The position numbers and the translations under genes were made by a program. A stretch of 63,958 bases of DNA, filler included, from Vicugna vicugna (taxonomy: Eukaryota), in NCBI GenBank assembly GCA_013265495.1. It is 82 parts of 79 records of this genome, joined end to end, with 100 filler letters (N's around TTAATTAATTAA, not from the genome) between each part and the next. Parts side by side here need not be neighbours in the genome. Positions count along the whole stretch, not along the records: positions 1 to 493 come from MU061960.1; positions 594 to 1,027 come from PNXW01021750.1; positions 1,128 to 1,603 come from PNXW01021761.1; positions 1,704 to 2,129 come from PNXW01021764.1; positions 2,230 to 3,310 come from MU061965.1; positions 3,411 to 3,916 come from MU061966.1; positions 4,017 to 5,167 come from MU061967.1; positions 5,268 to 5,813 come from MU061968.1; 74 more parts are not named here. One strand, written 5' to 3'. The notes beneath the pieces were generated by a model, which ran no database searches, was not told the origin of the DNA, and saw only the letters and a program-made list of their open reading frames with translations. Positions 1 to 12,665 of the stretch are shown one piece after another (position 1 is the first letter of the stretch; each line of letters starts with the position of its first letter).

Positions 1-493
1 AGTGGCCCCGAGGGCTTGACTCAAGTGAAAAACGATCCACATAAATGTGTCTTTAATGTCAGTGGCGAATTTTACATTACAGTTCACTTTCTGACTTGTA
101 CTATTTACCTATACTGTCTTGAAAAACTGAGGCCTAATACAGATTCAAGTTCAGTCAAAGATTCCCCTCACTTACCACACTCCCTTCACCCCAGGGAAGA
201 CATAAACACCACATTTGCTGAATCTAGCGGAAGGCCATCGNNNNNNNNNNNNNNNNNNNNNNNNNNNNNNGCCGAGACTATTTGACCTTTAAGGAGTTCA
301 CTGTTGTTCACAGAGTGTGAAGCTGGAGGAACTCTGATTCTAGGAGGGGCTTGCTCTTCTCATAATGGCTTCATTGCAGCTCAGATGCTGATCCTTCCAA
401 ATGGATGCCTGAGTGGAAGGGAGGGAAGGGCAAGTGCTTGCTATCTAAGAACAAACCTGGGAAAAGGCTTACCTGGGCTTGGTGAATTTTGGT

Positions 494-593
494 NNNNNNN
501 NNNNNNNNNNNNNNNNNNNNNNNNNNNNNNNNNNNNNTTAATTAATTAANNNNNNNNNNNNNNNNNNNNNNNNNNNNNNNNNNNNNNNNNNNN
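494..593. other. Artificial contig-joining spacer N44-TTAATTAATTAA-N44 (first of ~80 copies)
   Basis: The palindromic 12-mer at 538-549 has stops in all six frames, is flanked by 44 N on each side, and recurs between unrelated contigs throughout the window. Confidence 0.97.
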
Positions 594-1027
594 GAACCGT
601 TGTCAGTGCGTGGGGGAGTTCAAGAGACAGCTCCACGAAGCTCTCTTAAGTCACAGGAGCTTCCTGTTCGGGGAAGTCCGAGAAATAACTTCCCTGACCT
701 TGGGGAGGCCGCCTCGGTCACTGGGATATCCTGCAATCACCCCTACCATTCCCTGGCACAGAGACATTAGGAAAACCCGCAGGGGAGACGAGCTTAGGCA
801 TTCCGTTAGAACCCACACGCTGAGGAACCTCCGCACGCTCAGGATTCCAGAACGGTTTTCAGTGCGTTGGGGAGCCCGAGAGACAACTCCACGAAACTCT
901 CTTCAGTCACAGGAGTTCCCTGTTCGGGGAAGTACGAGAAATACCTTCCCTGACTTGGTGAGGCAGACTCTGACACTGGGAAATCCTGCAATAGCCCCTA
1001 GCATTCCCTGGCACAGAGACATTAGGA
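594..1027 (+). repeat. SatA 267-bp GC-rich satellite
   Basis: Tandem motifs cctgttcggggaagtccgagaaata and cattccctggcacagagacattagg repeat within the contig. Confidence 0.92.
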
Positions 1028-1127
1028 NNNNNNNNNNNNNNNNNNNNNNNNNNNNNNNNNNNNNNNNNNNNTTAATTAATTAANNNNNNNNNNNNNNNNN
1101 NNNNNNNNNNNNNNNNNNNNNNNNNNN

Positions 1128-1602
1128 TTGTTTCTTATACTGTCCTCATCTGGTTTTGCTATCAGGATAATGTTGGTCTCACAAAATAAGTTTGGAATTG
1201 TTCCCTTCTTTCATTTTTCAAATAATTTGAGAATTGGTATTAATTCTTCTTTAAATGTCTTGTAGAATTCACCCATAAAGCCATCTGCTCGTGGGCTTTT
1301 TTTGCTTTATTTTGTTTTGTTTTGATTGCTGACTCAATCTTTTTATTCATTATTTGTCTGTATTTTCCAATTCTTCATGATTCAGTCTTGGTAGGTTGTA
1401 TTTTTGTAGGAATTTATCCATTCTTTTCTGGATTTTCCAATATGTTGGCATATAATTGTTCATAGTAGTCTGTTTTGATCATTTGATTCATAGTAGTCTG
1501 TTTTGATCATTTGAATTTGTGTTATTTCACTTGCAATATCTCTTCTTTAATCTCTGCCTTTTTATTTGAATCCTCTTTCTTATATTTTTTTAAACGATTC
1601 AA
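1128..1602 (-). mobile_element. LINE-1 ORF2 5' (endonuclease-proximal) fragment, degenerate
   Basis: T-rich antisense L1 hallmarks such as tgtagaattcaccc...aagccatctg, cagtcttggtaggttgta and ttggcatataattgttcatagtagtc. Confidence 0.8.
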
Positions 1603-1703
1603 CNNNNNNNNNNNNNNNNNNNNNNNNNNNNNNNNNNNNNNNNNNNNTTAATTAATTAANNNNNNNNNNNNNNNNNNNNNNNNNNNNNNNNNNNNNNNNN
1701 NNN

Positions 1704-2129
1704 GTGGGGCTCCACACCTCCCCACCACACAAGGTTGGGTTCCAGAATACTGAGTGTGGGGTAGTACCTCCAAGTAACATCAGCTTCTTGGTTTTAATAG
1801 AATCATTTTGCTTGTCTTCCCTGATGGTATGCCTAGGCCAGAGTGTGGTTGAAAGTTGGATTTGGGCTCTAATATCAACGATCAGCGTGTGCCTCTCCAT
1901 GGGAAGTGGAGATGTTTAACCTAAAACCCACAACCTTGGAATTACTGTGCTCTCTGAAAAATGCGAGGGTGCTTTGAGTGCCCACCTCCTGCACACACAG
2001 GAGGTTTTCTGGTATCCTGAGTGTGGGGAGGGTCCTGCAACTGAGAGAAGCACCTGTGATCTAATTGGATACATTAGGTTGAAATCCATGAGTATTTTCC
2101 TTGGCCGGGTTTGAGCGAAGTTGTGGTTT
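1704..2129 (-). repeat. SatA' diverged 267-bp-family satellite
   Basis: ctgagtgtgggg...cttgtcttccctgatggtatgcctaggc is homologous to SatA and to contigs at 31798, 39509 and 62668. Confidence 0.8.
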
Positions 2130-2229
2130 NNNNNNNNNNNNNNNNNNNNNNNNNNNNNNNNNNNNNNNNNNNNTTAATTAATTAANNNNNNNNNNNNNNN
2201 NNNNNNNNNNNNNNNNNNNNNNNNNNNNN

Positions 2230-3310
2230 CATTCCGTTAGAACCCACGCGCTGACGACCATTGGTGGAACCTCCTCAGGCTGAGGATTCCGAAACCATTG
2301 TCAGTGCGTGGGGGAGCTCGAGAGACAACTCCAAGCAGCTCTCTTCAGTCACAGGTGTTCCCTGTTCGGAGAAGTCCGAGAAATAACTTCCCTGAACTTG
2401 ATGAGGCAGCCTCTGTCACTTGGATATCCTGCAAACCCCCCTAGCATTCCCTGGCACAGATAAAATAGGAAAAACCTCAGGGGAGACGAGCTTAGGCATT
2501 CCGTTAGACACCACGCCCTGCCGACAGTTGGTGGAATCTCCCAATGCTCAGGATTTAAGAACCATTGTCAGTGTGTGGGGGAGATTGAGAGACATCTCCA
2601 AGCAGCTCTCTTCAGTCACAGGTGTTCCCTGTTCGGAGAAGTCCGAGAAATAACTTCCCTGAACTTGATGAGGCAGAAACTGTCACTTGGATATCCTGCA
2701 AACACCCCTAGCATTCCCTGGCACTGAGACATTAGGAAAACCCTCAGGGGAGACGAGCTTAGGCATTCCGTTAGAACCCACGCACTGCCGACCGTTGGTG
2801 GAACCTCCCCACGCTCAGGATTCCGGAACCATTGTCAGTGCGTGGGGGANNNNNNNNNNNNNNNNNNNNNNNNNNNNNNNNNNNNNNNNNNNNNNNNNNN
2901 NNNNNNNNNNNNNNNNNNNNNNNNNNNNNNNNNNNNNNNNNNNNNNNNNNNNNNNNNNNNNNNNNNNNNNNNNNNNNNNNNNNNNNNNNNNNNNNNNNNN
3001 NNNNNNNNNNNNNNNNNNNNNNNNNNNNNNNNNNNNNNNNNNNNNNNNNNNNNNNNNNNNNNNNNNNNNNNNNNNNNNNNNNNNNNNNNNNNNNNNNNNN
3101 NNNNNNNNNNNNNNNNNNNNNNNNNNNNNNNNNNNNNNNNNNNNNNNNNNNNNNNNNNNNNNNNNNNNNNNNNNNNNNNNNNNNNNNNNGAGAAATAAAT
3201 GACCTTGGGGAGGCAGCCTCTGTCACTGGGATATCCTGCAAACCCCCCTAGCTTTCCCTATCAATGAGACATTAGGAAAACCCTCAGGGGAGACGACCTT
3301 AGGTATTCCG
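2230..3310 (+). repeat. SatA 267-bp satellite
   Basis: gaagtccgagaaataacttccctgaacttgatgaggcag occurs at 2371 and 2638, giving a 267-bp period. Confidence 0.95.
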
Positions 3311-3410
3311 NNNNNNNNNNNNNNNNNNNNNNNNNNNNNNNNNNNNNNNNNNNNTTAATTAATTAANNNNNNNNNNNNNNNNNNNNNNNNNNNNNNNNNN
3401 NNNNNNNNNN

Positions 3411-3916
3411 CGAAATCCTGAGCGTCGGGAGGTTCCAACAACGGTCGGCAGCGCGCGGGTTATAACGGAATGCATATGCTGTCTCCCTTGGGGGTTTCCT
3501 AATGTCTCTGTGCCAGGGAATGCTAGGGGTGATTGCAGGATATCCCAGTGTCAGAGGCTGCCTCCCCAAGTTCAGGGAAGTTTTTTCTCGGACTTCCCCG
3601 AACTTGGAACACCTGTGACTGAAGAGAGCTGCGTGGAGTTGTCTCTCGNNNNNNNNNNNNNNNNNNNNNNNNNNNNNNNNNNNNNNNNNNNNNNNNNNNN
3701 NNNNNNNNNNNNNNNNNNNNNNNNNNNNNNNNNNNNNNNNNNNNNNNNNNNNNNNNNNNNNNNNNNNNNNNNNNNNNNNNNNNNNNNNNNNNNNNNNNNN
3801 NNNNNNNNNNNNNNNNNNNNNNNNNNNNNNNNNNNNNNNNNNNNTTCTCGGACTTCCCCGAACAGGGAATTCCTGTGACTGAAGAGTGATGCGTGGATTT
3901 GTCTCTCGAGCTCCCC
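3411..3916 (-). repeat. SatA 267-bp satellite
   Basis: Reverse complement of the SatA monomer. Confidence 0.92.
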
Positions 3917-5267
3917 NNNNNNNNNNNNNNNNNNNNNNNNNNNNNNNNNNNNNNNNNNNNTTAATTAATTAANNNNNNNNNNNNNNNNNNNNNNNNNNNN
4001 NNNNNNNNNNNNNNNNGCTCCTCGGGGAGCTGGGCACGGGAGTGCTCACATTGGAGCCGGTGGCAACAGCGCTGATCCCTCTCCACGTGATGAGCCCTTT
4101 GTTTAAGTAGTAGAGGTGGGATCCAGAGTCTTCCTGCGTCTACAGAGTTCTCCAGTAAAGCCAACTTGGAGGAAAGAAAGAAAATGCCTACTGTTTCATG
4201 ACTGTGTCCTTAGGGTTTAAAGCTCACTGTGGCGCACACGTGAGATCTCATCCAGTAAATACTCTGGGGTCTTGACTCNNNNNNNNNNNNNNNNNNNNNN
4301 NNNNNNNNNNNNNNNNNNNNNNNNNNNNNNNNNNNNNNNNNNNNNNNNNNNNNNNNNNNNNNNNNNNNNNNNNNNNNNNNNNNNNNNNNNNNNNNNNNNN
4401 NNNNNNNNNNNNNNNNNNNNNNNNNNNNNNNNNNNNNNNNNNNNNNNNNNNNNNNNNCCACACCATTTGTTACCAGCAGTCTTTCAGATTGCATCTTATT
4501 CCAGAGCTCACCGGGGCTCCCATCTCTCACTATGTGTCTTGAGAGGATATTTGTTCAGAGGGTATGGGACAGGATGCTTCCAAGTCTGGGTTCTGGGGTT
4601 CCCTGTCTAAAGGTGGCACTGGCACAAATCCTTTATTCATGGAGTAATGAAGCCCCGCAGTCTCGTGGCTAATTGGGCCTCCCTGTCCTTCTTCATGAGA
4701 GGAGCCGGAGGGTTTGGGTTAGGCCCCTAAACCTGTTTATGGTGAGCTTTCAGCCCTATGACACAACATGGGTTGTCTCATTTCAGTCACATGACTTTGA
4801 TTTTTGCAGGTAGGTGGGACTCCTGGACAGTGCCTGGGACTTCAAGGTTTCCCCTACAGTAGGGACACTGAAGAAATTTCAACCCATAAGGTGTGTTTGG
4901 GGNNNNNNNNNNNNNNNNNNNNNNNNNNNNNNNNNNNNNNNNNNNNNNNNNNNNNNNNNNGCAGGCCCGAGTCTTGGAAGGACAGAGATTCCATTACTGT
5001 TGTAACAGTGAACTTAAGGGAGGAATTCGGGAAGGTCTGATGCATTTGAGATTAAAAGTATTATCTGGCTTTTATTGTTAGTAGTAGTGGTGTTTAACCC
5101 TTAGACCCATTCCCACTTTTTGTAAGAAATATTTTGTAACCTTTCTTTTTTGGTGCCCGGAATTGAANNNNNNNNNNNNNNNNNNNNNNNNNNNNNNNNN
5201 NNNNNNNNNNNTTAATTAATTAANNNNNNNNNNNNNNNNNNNNNNNNNNNNNNNNNNNNNNNNNNNN

Positions 5268-5813
5268 CTAATTTCTGGGTTCTGTATTCTGTTTTCCATA
5301 TTCTATATTCTGCATTCCGTATTCTATATTCTATATTGTGTGATCTATGTTCTATATTCTAAATTCTATATTCAGTATTCTGTATTCTATATGTTAAATT
5401 CTCTGTTCTACATTCCATGTTCTATATTCTGGGTTCTTAATTGTGTTTTCCATATTCTAAATTCTGTGTTCTATATTCTATATTCTGTATTCAATATTCT
5501 GCATTCCGTATTCTACATTCCATATTTTGTGTTCTACATTCTATATTCTTAATTTTATATTCAGTATTCTGTATTCTATATTTTAANNNNNNNNNNNNNN
5601 NNNNNNNNNNNNNNNNNNNNNNNNNNNNNNNNNNNNNNNNNNNNNNNNNNNNNNNNNNNNNNNNNNNNNNNNNNNNNNNNNNNNNNNNNNNNNNNNNNNN
5701 NNNNNNNNNNNNNNNNNNNNNNNNNNNNNNNNNNNNNNNNNNNNNNNNNNNNNNNNNNNNGTCTATACTCTAAATTCTGTTTTCTACATTCCATGTTCTA
5801 AATTCTGGGTTCT
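5268..5813 (+). repeat. SatD TATTCTA-heptamer AT-rich satellite
   Basis: Degenerate 7-bp units (tattcta/aattcta/tattctg/tgttcta) and the recurring motif cattccatgttctaaattctgggttct. Confidence 0.92.
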
Positions 5814-5913
5814 NNNNNNNNNNNNNNNNNNNNNNNNNNNNNNNNNNNNNNNNNNNNTTAATTAATTAANNNNNNNNNNNNNNNNNNNNNNNNNNNNNNN
5901 NNNNNNNNNNNNN

Positions 5914-7080
5914 TGTAATTTACATGAATTCCAACAACATGGCATTCCGGGTTGCGTAAATGCTACATTCATGATGGATTCGGTAGTCATGTGTTTCTGA
6001 ATTGTGAGCATGTGGATTACTGACCTTTCATCCACAAAACAAGGCGTATATAGACTTACAAATAACTTACAAATATTTACTCTGTCTTCAAAGGTTTTTT
6101 TATCACCAGGTTCTAAAATAGGACATTTGGCACCAGCAAACACTCTTTGAGCGAATTCTCACCAATACACATGTAATTTTCATTGTTTACATAACCATGG
6201 CATTCCGTATTCCGAACATGTTTCATGCATCACGGATTCCTCAAACATGCATTTCTGAGTAGTGAACATGCGTATGACTGCTGTTTTAACCACCAAAAAA
6301 GTTAGCTATGCACTCTGAAATATTTATTTTGACTTCGTAGCTTCTTAATATCACCAGTTTTATGGATCACAGTTTGATCCCAGAAAAATCCTCTTGGAGC
6401 GGATTCTACACTACAGATATGAAATTTGAATAGATTCCATCTACATGATATTCCGTGTTCCGTACATGCTTCATACATAACGGATTCGACAAACATGCAT
6501 TCCTGAGTTGAGATCATGTGGATTATTTATCTTTCATCTTCTATAAAAGGAATATTTTCATCTAGACACGTGTAGAATTTTTCACAAGCTTTCCTTAACA
6601 CCAGGTTCAATTCGTGAATTTTTCACAGAAAAATAGTTCTGGAGCGTTTTCCACCTAACAGATATGTAATTTACATGTATTCCAACAACATGGCATTCCG
6701 GGTTCCGTACATGCTACNNNNNNNNNNNNNNNNNNNNNNNNNNNNNNNNNNNNNNNNNNNNNNNNNNNNNNNNNNNNNNNNNNNNNNNNNNNNNNNNNNN
6801 NNNNNNNNNNNNNNNNNNNNNNNNNNNNNNNNNNNNNNNNNNNNNNNNNNNNNNNNNNNNNNNNNNNNNNNNNNNNNNNNNNNNNNNNNNNNNNNNNNNN
6901 NNNNNNNNNNNNNNNNNNNNNNNNNNNNNNNNNNNNNNNNNNNNNNNNNNNNNNNNNNNNNNNNNNNNNNNNNNNNNNNNNNNNCTCAAACATGCATTTC
7001 TGAGTTGTGAACATGCGTATGACTGCTGTTTTGAACACCAAAAATGTTAGCTATGCACTCTGAAATATTTATTTTGACTT
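5914..7080 (-). repeat. SatB ~740-bp trimeric satellite
   Basis: tgtaatttacatg...caacatggcattccgggtt recurs at 5914 and 6665 (751 bp, including an ~11-bp insertion); related subunits start at 6172 and 6420. Confidence 0.9.
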
Positions 7081-7180
7081 NNNNNNNNNNNNNNNNNNNN
7101 NNNNNNNNNNNNNNNNNNNNNNNNTTAATTAATTAANNNNNNNNNNNNNNNNNNNNNNNNNNNNNNNNNNNNNNNNNNNN

Positions 7181-7948
7181 TCAACTGTCTTACTGAGGAG
7201 CCTTTCTATATGTTGAGCCACTTTTTTCTTTCTGCTGTCAAGATCCTTTGTTCTTATGTTTTGACACACTGAGTCTGATATGCCTATTTTAGATGTCTCT
7301 ACGTTTATACCACATGGAATTTGTTGAGCTGCGGGGATGTACAAATTAAAGTTTTCATCAAATTTGGGAAGTTTTCAGCCATTATTTCTTTATATATTCT
7401 TTCTGCCCCTTTTTTTCTCTCCTTCCTTCTTGCGCTCCCATTATGTGTATATTGGTATTGTTGATGGTGTCCCATCTATCTCTGACACAGTGTTCATTTT
7501 TTTCATTCATTTTTCTTTCTGTTCCACAGAGTGGATAATCTCAGTAATTTTAAGTTTACTGACATTTTCTTCAACAAGTTCATATCTACAGAGAAACCAC
7601 TCATTGAAGTTTTCATTTTAGTCATTATATTTGTATTTCTAGAATTTCTAGTTGGTTTTTAATATAAATTTTTTATTGATATTCTCTGTAAAATGAGATG
7701 TTCACATAATTTATTTCTTTAGGCATGGTTTCTGTTAGTTTTTTGAACATATGTGTAATTGCTTATTTATGTCTTTGTCTAGTAAGTCCAGTGTCTGGGC
7801 TAAAGTCCAGTGTCTTCCTCAGTGAGTTTCTATTGACTCCTTTTTCCCCTCTTTTATGGCCAAACGTTTCTGTTTCTTTGTACATCATGTAAATTTTCTG
7901 TTGAAACTGGACATTTAAAGTATTACAATGTGGCAGATCTGAAAGCCA
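7181..7948 (-). mobile_element. Old LINE-1 fragment (ORF1-region-like), antisense
   Basis: T-rich strand with L1M-like motifs such as ttttcatcaaatttgggaagttttcagccattatttctt. Confidence 0.65.
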
Positions 7949-8048
7949 NNNNNNNNNNNNNNNNNNNNNNNNNNNNNNNNNNNNNNNNNNNNTTAATTAA
8001 TTAANNNNNNNNNNNNNNNNNNNNNNNNNNNNNNNNNNNNNNNNNNNN

Positions 8049-8541
8049 CTACATTGTATATTCATATTCTTTATACAGTATTCGGTATTCTATTTTCTAA
8101 ATTCTGTGTTCTGCTTTCCATATTCTAAATTCTGTGTTCTATATTCTGTATTCTATATTTTGTTCTCATTAATCTATATTCTATAGTCTATATTCTGCAT
8201 TCCGTAGTCTATATTGTATATTCTGTGTCCTACATTCTATATTCTAAATTCTATATTCAATATTCTGTATTCTATATTCTAATTTCTGTGTTCATCATTC
8301 CATTTTCTAAATTCTGGGTTCTATAATCTCTATTCTATATTCTATATTCTGTTTTCTAGATTCTATATTCTAAATTCTATATATATGCTATATTCTATAT
8401 TCTAAATTCTGTTGTTCTGCACTCCATGTTCTCAATTCTGGGTTTTGTATTCTGTTTTCCACATTCTATATTCTGTGTTCTACATTCTATAATCTGAATT
8501 CAATATTCTGCTTTCCGTATTCTATATTCTATATTCTGTTT
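8049..8541 (+). repeat. SatD heptamer satellite
   Basis: TATTCTA-type 7-bp units. Confidence 0.92.
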
Positions 8542-9354
8542 NNNNNNNNNNNNNNNNNNNNNNNNNNNNNNNNNNNNNNNNNNNNTTAATTAATTAANNN
8601 NNNNNNNNNNNNNNNNNNNNNNNNNNNNNNNNNNNNNNNNNCAGCTGGTAAAGCAGAGGCCCAGAGAGCAGAAGTCCCCAGATAAACAGAAAGAAGTGAG
8701 GTGAGCCCAGGATGCAGGCCAGGGTTCAGACCCTGGTCCTCTGTGTCTCAACCAGGGCACAGGAGCCATGAGGGCCAGGCTGCGTGAGAACACTGGGCCC
8801 CCAGCGCTCACTGCTGTCCCCACCACATCCTGGCTGCGGGAGGTCAGTGGGGCTGTGTCCCAGGGTAGATCTCTGTGGGTGGGAGGCTGGTTCGGCCACA
8901 CAGGGGCCTGGCCTGGATCCTGCTGGCTCTGCTGGGTGGGATTGGTTGGTCCTCACTGTCCTAAGTGGGTGGGAGTGACAGGTGTCTCACGGCCAATGTT
9001 ACGGGGACAGATGAAACTTCAGGTGTCTATAAAATGCCTGCGGGTTTACCAAATGCACATTAAGACCAGCTTTTTAAATTAAACCTTTCTGTCATCTTTA
9101 TTAGTGTTCTGATTTCTTAGCATGNNNNNNNNNNNNNNNNNNNNNNNNNNNNNNNNNNNNNNNNNNNNTTAATTAATTAANNNNNNNNNNNNNNNNNNNN
9201 NNNNNNNNNNNNNNNNNNNNNNNNGTGAGCCTTAGCTGTGCATTGCTGAAAGGCACCATGTTGAAAGCTAAGCTTTCATAGCTCCATGATTCTAACTGTG
9301 TAAGCTGCGTTCCCTAAAGTACACTGAAGTCAAAAGATTGTATCCGACTTCATA

Positions 9355-9977
9355 TTTTTTATCTTACTTTATTGAGTTATAGTCAGTTTACAATGCTGTG
9401 TCAATTTCCAGTGTACAGCACAATTTTTCAGTTATACATGAACATACATATATTCATTGTTGCATTCTTTTTCACCGTGAGCTACCACAAGATCTTGTAT
9501 ATATTTCTCTGTGCTATGCAGTATGATCTTGGTTTATCTACTCTACATATGCCTGTCAGTATCTACAAATTTTGAACTCCCAGTCTGTCCCTTCCCAACC
9601 CCCTCCTCCGGGCAACCACAAGTTTGTATTCTATGTCNNNNNNNNNNNNNNNNNNNNNNNNNNNNNNNGTCTTTTTCTTTTCTTTTCTGTTTTTTTAGAT
9701 TCCACATATGAGCGATCTCGTATGATATTTTTCTTTCTCTTTCTGACTTACTTCACTTAGAATGACATTCTCCAGGAGCATCCATGTTGCTGCAAATGGC
9801 GTTATGTTGTCGGTTTTTATGGCTGAGTAGTATTCCATTGTATAAATATACTACATCTTCTTTATCCAGTCATCTGTCGATGGACATTTAGGCTGTTTCC
9901 ATGTCTTGGCTGTTGTGTGCTGCTGTGAACATTGGGGTGCAGGTGTCTTTTTGAAGTGGGGTTTCTTCTGGATACAT
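9355..9977 (-). mobile_element. LINE-1 3' end (3' UTR plus ORF2 C-terminus), camelid-type
   Basis: ttattgagttatagtcagtttacaat...tttttatggctgagtagtattccattg...ggacatttaggctgtttccatgtcttggc; the same 3' end appears at 44750, 49032 (+) and 57100. Confidence 0.88.
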
Positions 9978-10077
9978 NNNNNNNNNNNNNNNNNNNNNNN
10001 NNNNNNNNNNNNNNNNNNNNNTTAATTAATTAANNNNNNNNNNNNNNNNNNNNNNNNNNNNNNNNNNNNNNNNNNNN

Positions 10078-10434
10078 GAATAATTGTTTCCGGAATCCTG
10101 AGTTTACGGAAGACACTGCAAGAAACAGCAGCGACTGGGCTGTAGTTGAATTCCTTAGCTTGTCTTGCCTGATTGTTTTCCTAGGCCACAGTGCGGGGGA
10201 AAGTGTGGTATGGGCTCTAAAACCAAGAAATATCGAGTGCGTCTCCATGGGAATGAGAGGAGTTTATCCTACAACTCCCAACCTGGGAATACCTGTGCCC
10301 TCTGAAAGATGCGCAGACTCTGTTTCCCCACCTCCAGCAAACACATGAAGAATTCTTCTGGTATCCTGAATGTGGGTAGGCTCCTCCAACTGACAGCAGC
10401 ACCTGGGATCTCATAGAATCCCTTTGCTTGTATT
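10078..10434 (-). repeat. SatA' diverged satellite
   Basis: ttccggaatcctgag, ctcctccaactgacagcagcacctggg, ccttagcttgtctt. Confidence 0.8.
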
Positions 10435-10534
10435 NNNNNNNNNNNNNNNNNNNNNNNNNNNNNNNNNNNNNNNNNNNNTTAATTAATTAANNNNNNNNNN
10501 NNNNNNNNNNNNNNNNNNNNNNNNNNNNNNNNNN

Positions 10535-10820
10535 TGAACTCTTTATCTCCACCAACAGCACACACACGAAGACGTGTTCAAGTATCATGATTTTGGAAGG
10601 CTCCTCCAACTGGGAGCAGGGCCTGGGTTTTAGTAGAATCCCTTAGTTTGTATTCCCTGAGTGTTTCCTTAGTCCGGGCAGCAAGGGAAAGCGGGGGCTT
10701 GGGCTTGGAAGCCAAGTAGCAGCTAGTGTCCCCCAAAGGGCTGATTAAGTACTTAGAGGGCTTCTCCCTATCGGAGAACACCTGTGCATCCTTTCATGGG
10801 CATGGACTTTGGCTCCACAC
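10535..10820 (-). repeat. SatA' diverged satellite
   Basis: ctcctccaactgggagcagggcctgggttttagtagaatcccttag followed by the gggcttgg...aagtactt monomer type. Confidence 0.75.
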
Positions 10821-10920
10821 NNNNNNNNNNNNNNNNNNNNNNNNNNNNNNNNNNNNNNNNNNNNTTAATTAATTAANNNNNNNNNNNNNNNNNNNNNNNN
10901 NNNNNNNNNNNNNNNNNNNN

Positions 10921-11374
10921 GAAAGATTATGTACTCAGGCACTTAAGAAGTCTCAACAAATTAAAGAAGATAAAAATTATTTCAAGCTTCTTTTCAGAGT
11001 ATAATACCATGAAATTAAAATTCAATCACAGAAAAACAGGGAGAAAAAATGACAGCATCAAGATTAAAAAACATGACACAAAAACAAGGGGGGGAGGTGA
11101 TGAAATAAAAGTAGAAATTAAAAAATATCTTCAGAAATATGACAAAACACTGCACAAATTCTATGGAATACTGTTAAAGCAGGTTTAGAGGGAAGTTCAT
11201 AGTGACAAGGCCCTCCTCAAAGTAGAACCACAATTTCAAGTAAATAATCTGACATTCTAGGTAAACTAATCAAGAAAAGAAGAGCAAACAAAACCAAAAG
11301 TCAAACAAAAGAAAGAGGGAACATGTAAAAATCAAGGAAGAAATAATTGAAATAAAAAATAGAAAAAATCAATC
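10921..11374 (+). mobile_element. LINE-1 ORF2 fragment (end of endonuclease domain/linker), degenerate
   Basis: A-rich; aagtctcaacaaatt, agagggaagttcatag, gaaaagaagagcaaacaaaaccaaaagtc. Confidence 0.8.
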
Positions 11375-12304
11375 ANNNNNNNNNNNNNNNNNNNNNNNNN
11401 NNNNNNNNNNNNNNNNNNNTTAATTAATTAANNNNNNNNNNNNNNNNNNNNNNNNNNNNNNNNNNNNNNNNNNNNAGGAACAGTAACACTTACCAGTACG
11501 TACTGTAGCTACTGCAATCCGTACACACCGTGTGCTGAGCTTTTTCTTGCTTTTCTGACTTCTTATGGTTGATTAAGGGTATTTGTGCATCTTCGTAACT
11601 TTTTTTTTGCATGACATTCACATACCTTACAAAAATCAAATGAAAATCTATCTTAATCTAAATACTGCTTTGGAAGGTAAAGTAGTAGGAGATGATAATA
11701 AAATTAGATTGTTATCAAATCAGAAATGAGAAAGAATTTTTCCTAATAAGAGCATTCATTCCTGTAAGAACATTCAGTCACTTAGTGATTTATTAAGCTG
11801 AGTACTTAAAATATGCTCTTCTTTCGCAATCATGTATGACAGTCGGCTCTTAACACACAAGACTGGGGCCAGGCAAGGAAGGTGTCATCTACGCAAACCA
11901 GTTTCAACACCAGTGATATCATCGCTTGTCAACTCCTTTGCTAGATCCTTCTGCTACGGCTTTTTCCTTTTTTTAAAGTGTTTCTCAGACGGCTAACCCC
12001 AAACTCAGGCTATTATCAAAGACGAGTTCCGTAAATTAAATAACTCAGTCACTGCCTACAGGGTCACACACTCTACTTAATACAAAATATGACAATCAGA
12101 CAGTTAAACAGGACAACCTCCCATCTCTCTCTCATCAGCATGGCTGCAAATCTTTTATGTGAATGCCTGCACAATCACTCCACTCATATGGAATAGGTTT
12201 GTTTNNNNNNNNNNNNNNNNNNNNNNNNNNNNNNNNNNNNNNNNNNNNTTAATTAATTAANNNNNNNNNNNNNNNNNNNNNNNNNNNNNNNNNNNNNNNN
12301 NNNN

Positions 12305-12665
12305 CCAGTATTTTGTAATAACTGCAAATTAAGTGGAAATGTAAAAGTTGTATAAAAATTAGAAGTTAAAAAAATAAAATAGTATGTAGTACATTCTTAC
12401 CATGGAATGTTATTCAGCCTTAAAAAGAAGGATATTCTAACACATGTTACAGTCTAAATAAACCTGAGGACATTATGCTAACTGAAATAAGCCAGTCGCA
12501 AAAAGAAAAATACTATATGATGTCATTTTTATGAGGTATCCAGGGTAAATTCATAGAAACAGAAAGTTTACTCACACTTACCAGGAGCTTGGGGAGAGGG
12601 AAATGGGGACTTGTTTATTGGATACAGAGTTTCAGTTGAGCATGATGCAAAGGATTGGAGGTAGA
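12305..12665 (+). mobile_element. Old LINE-1 (L1M-type) 3' region fragment
   Basis: atggaatgttattcagccttaaaaagaagg...aacctgaggacattatgctaactgaaataagccagtc...ttcatagaaacagaaag. Confidence 0.8.

Noticed and set aside
610..1083. Recurring 'WHRDIRKTLRGDELR' and 'DENIPFIEDERLVIHM' peptides as a protein family
   Set aside because: They are translations of SatA and SatB monomers; frames and stops vary between copies and there is no sign of codon-level constraint.
8941..9034. CCAAT (8993) plus TATAAAA (9028) promoter-like arrangement
   Set aside because: Short motifs are expected by chance, and the contig ends before any exon could be confirmed.
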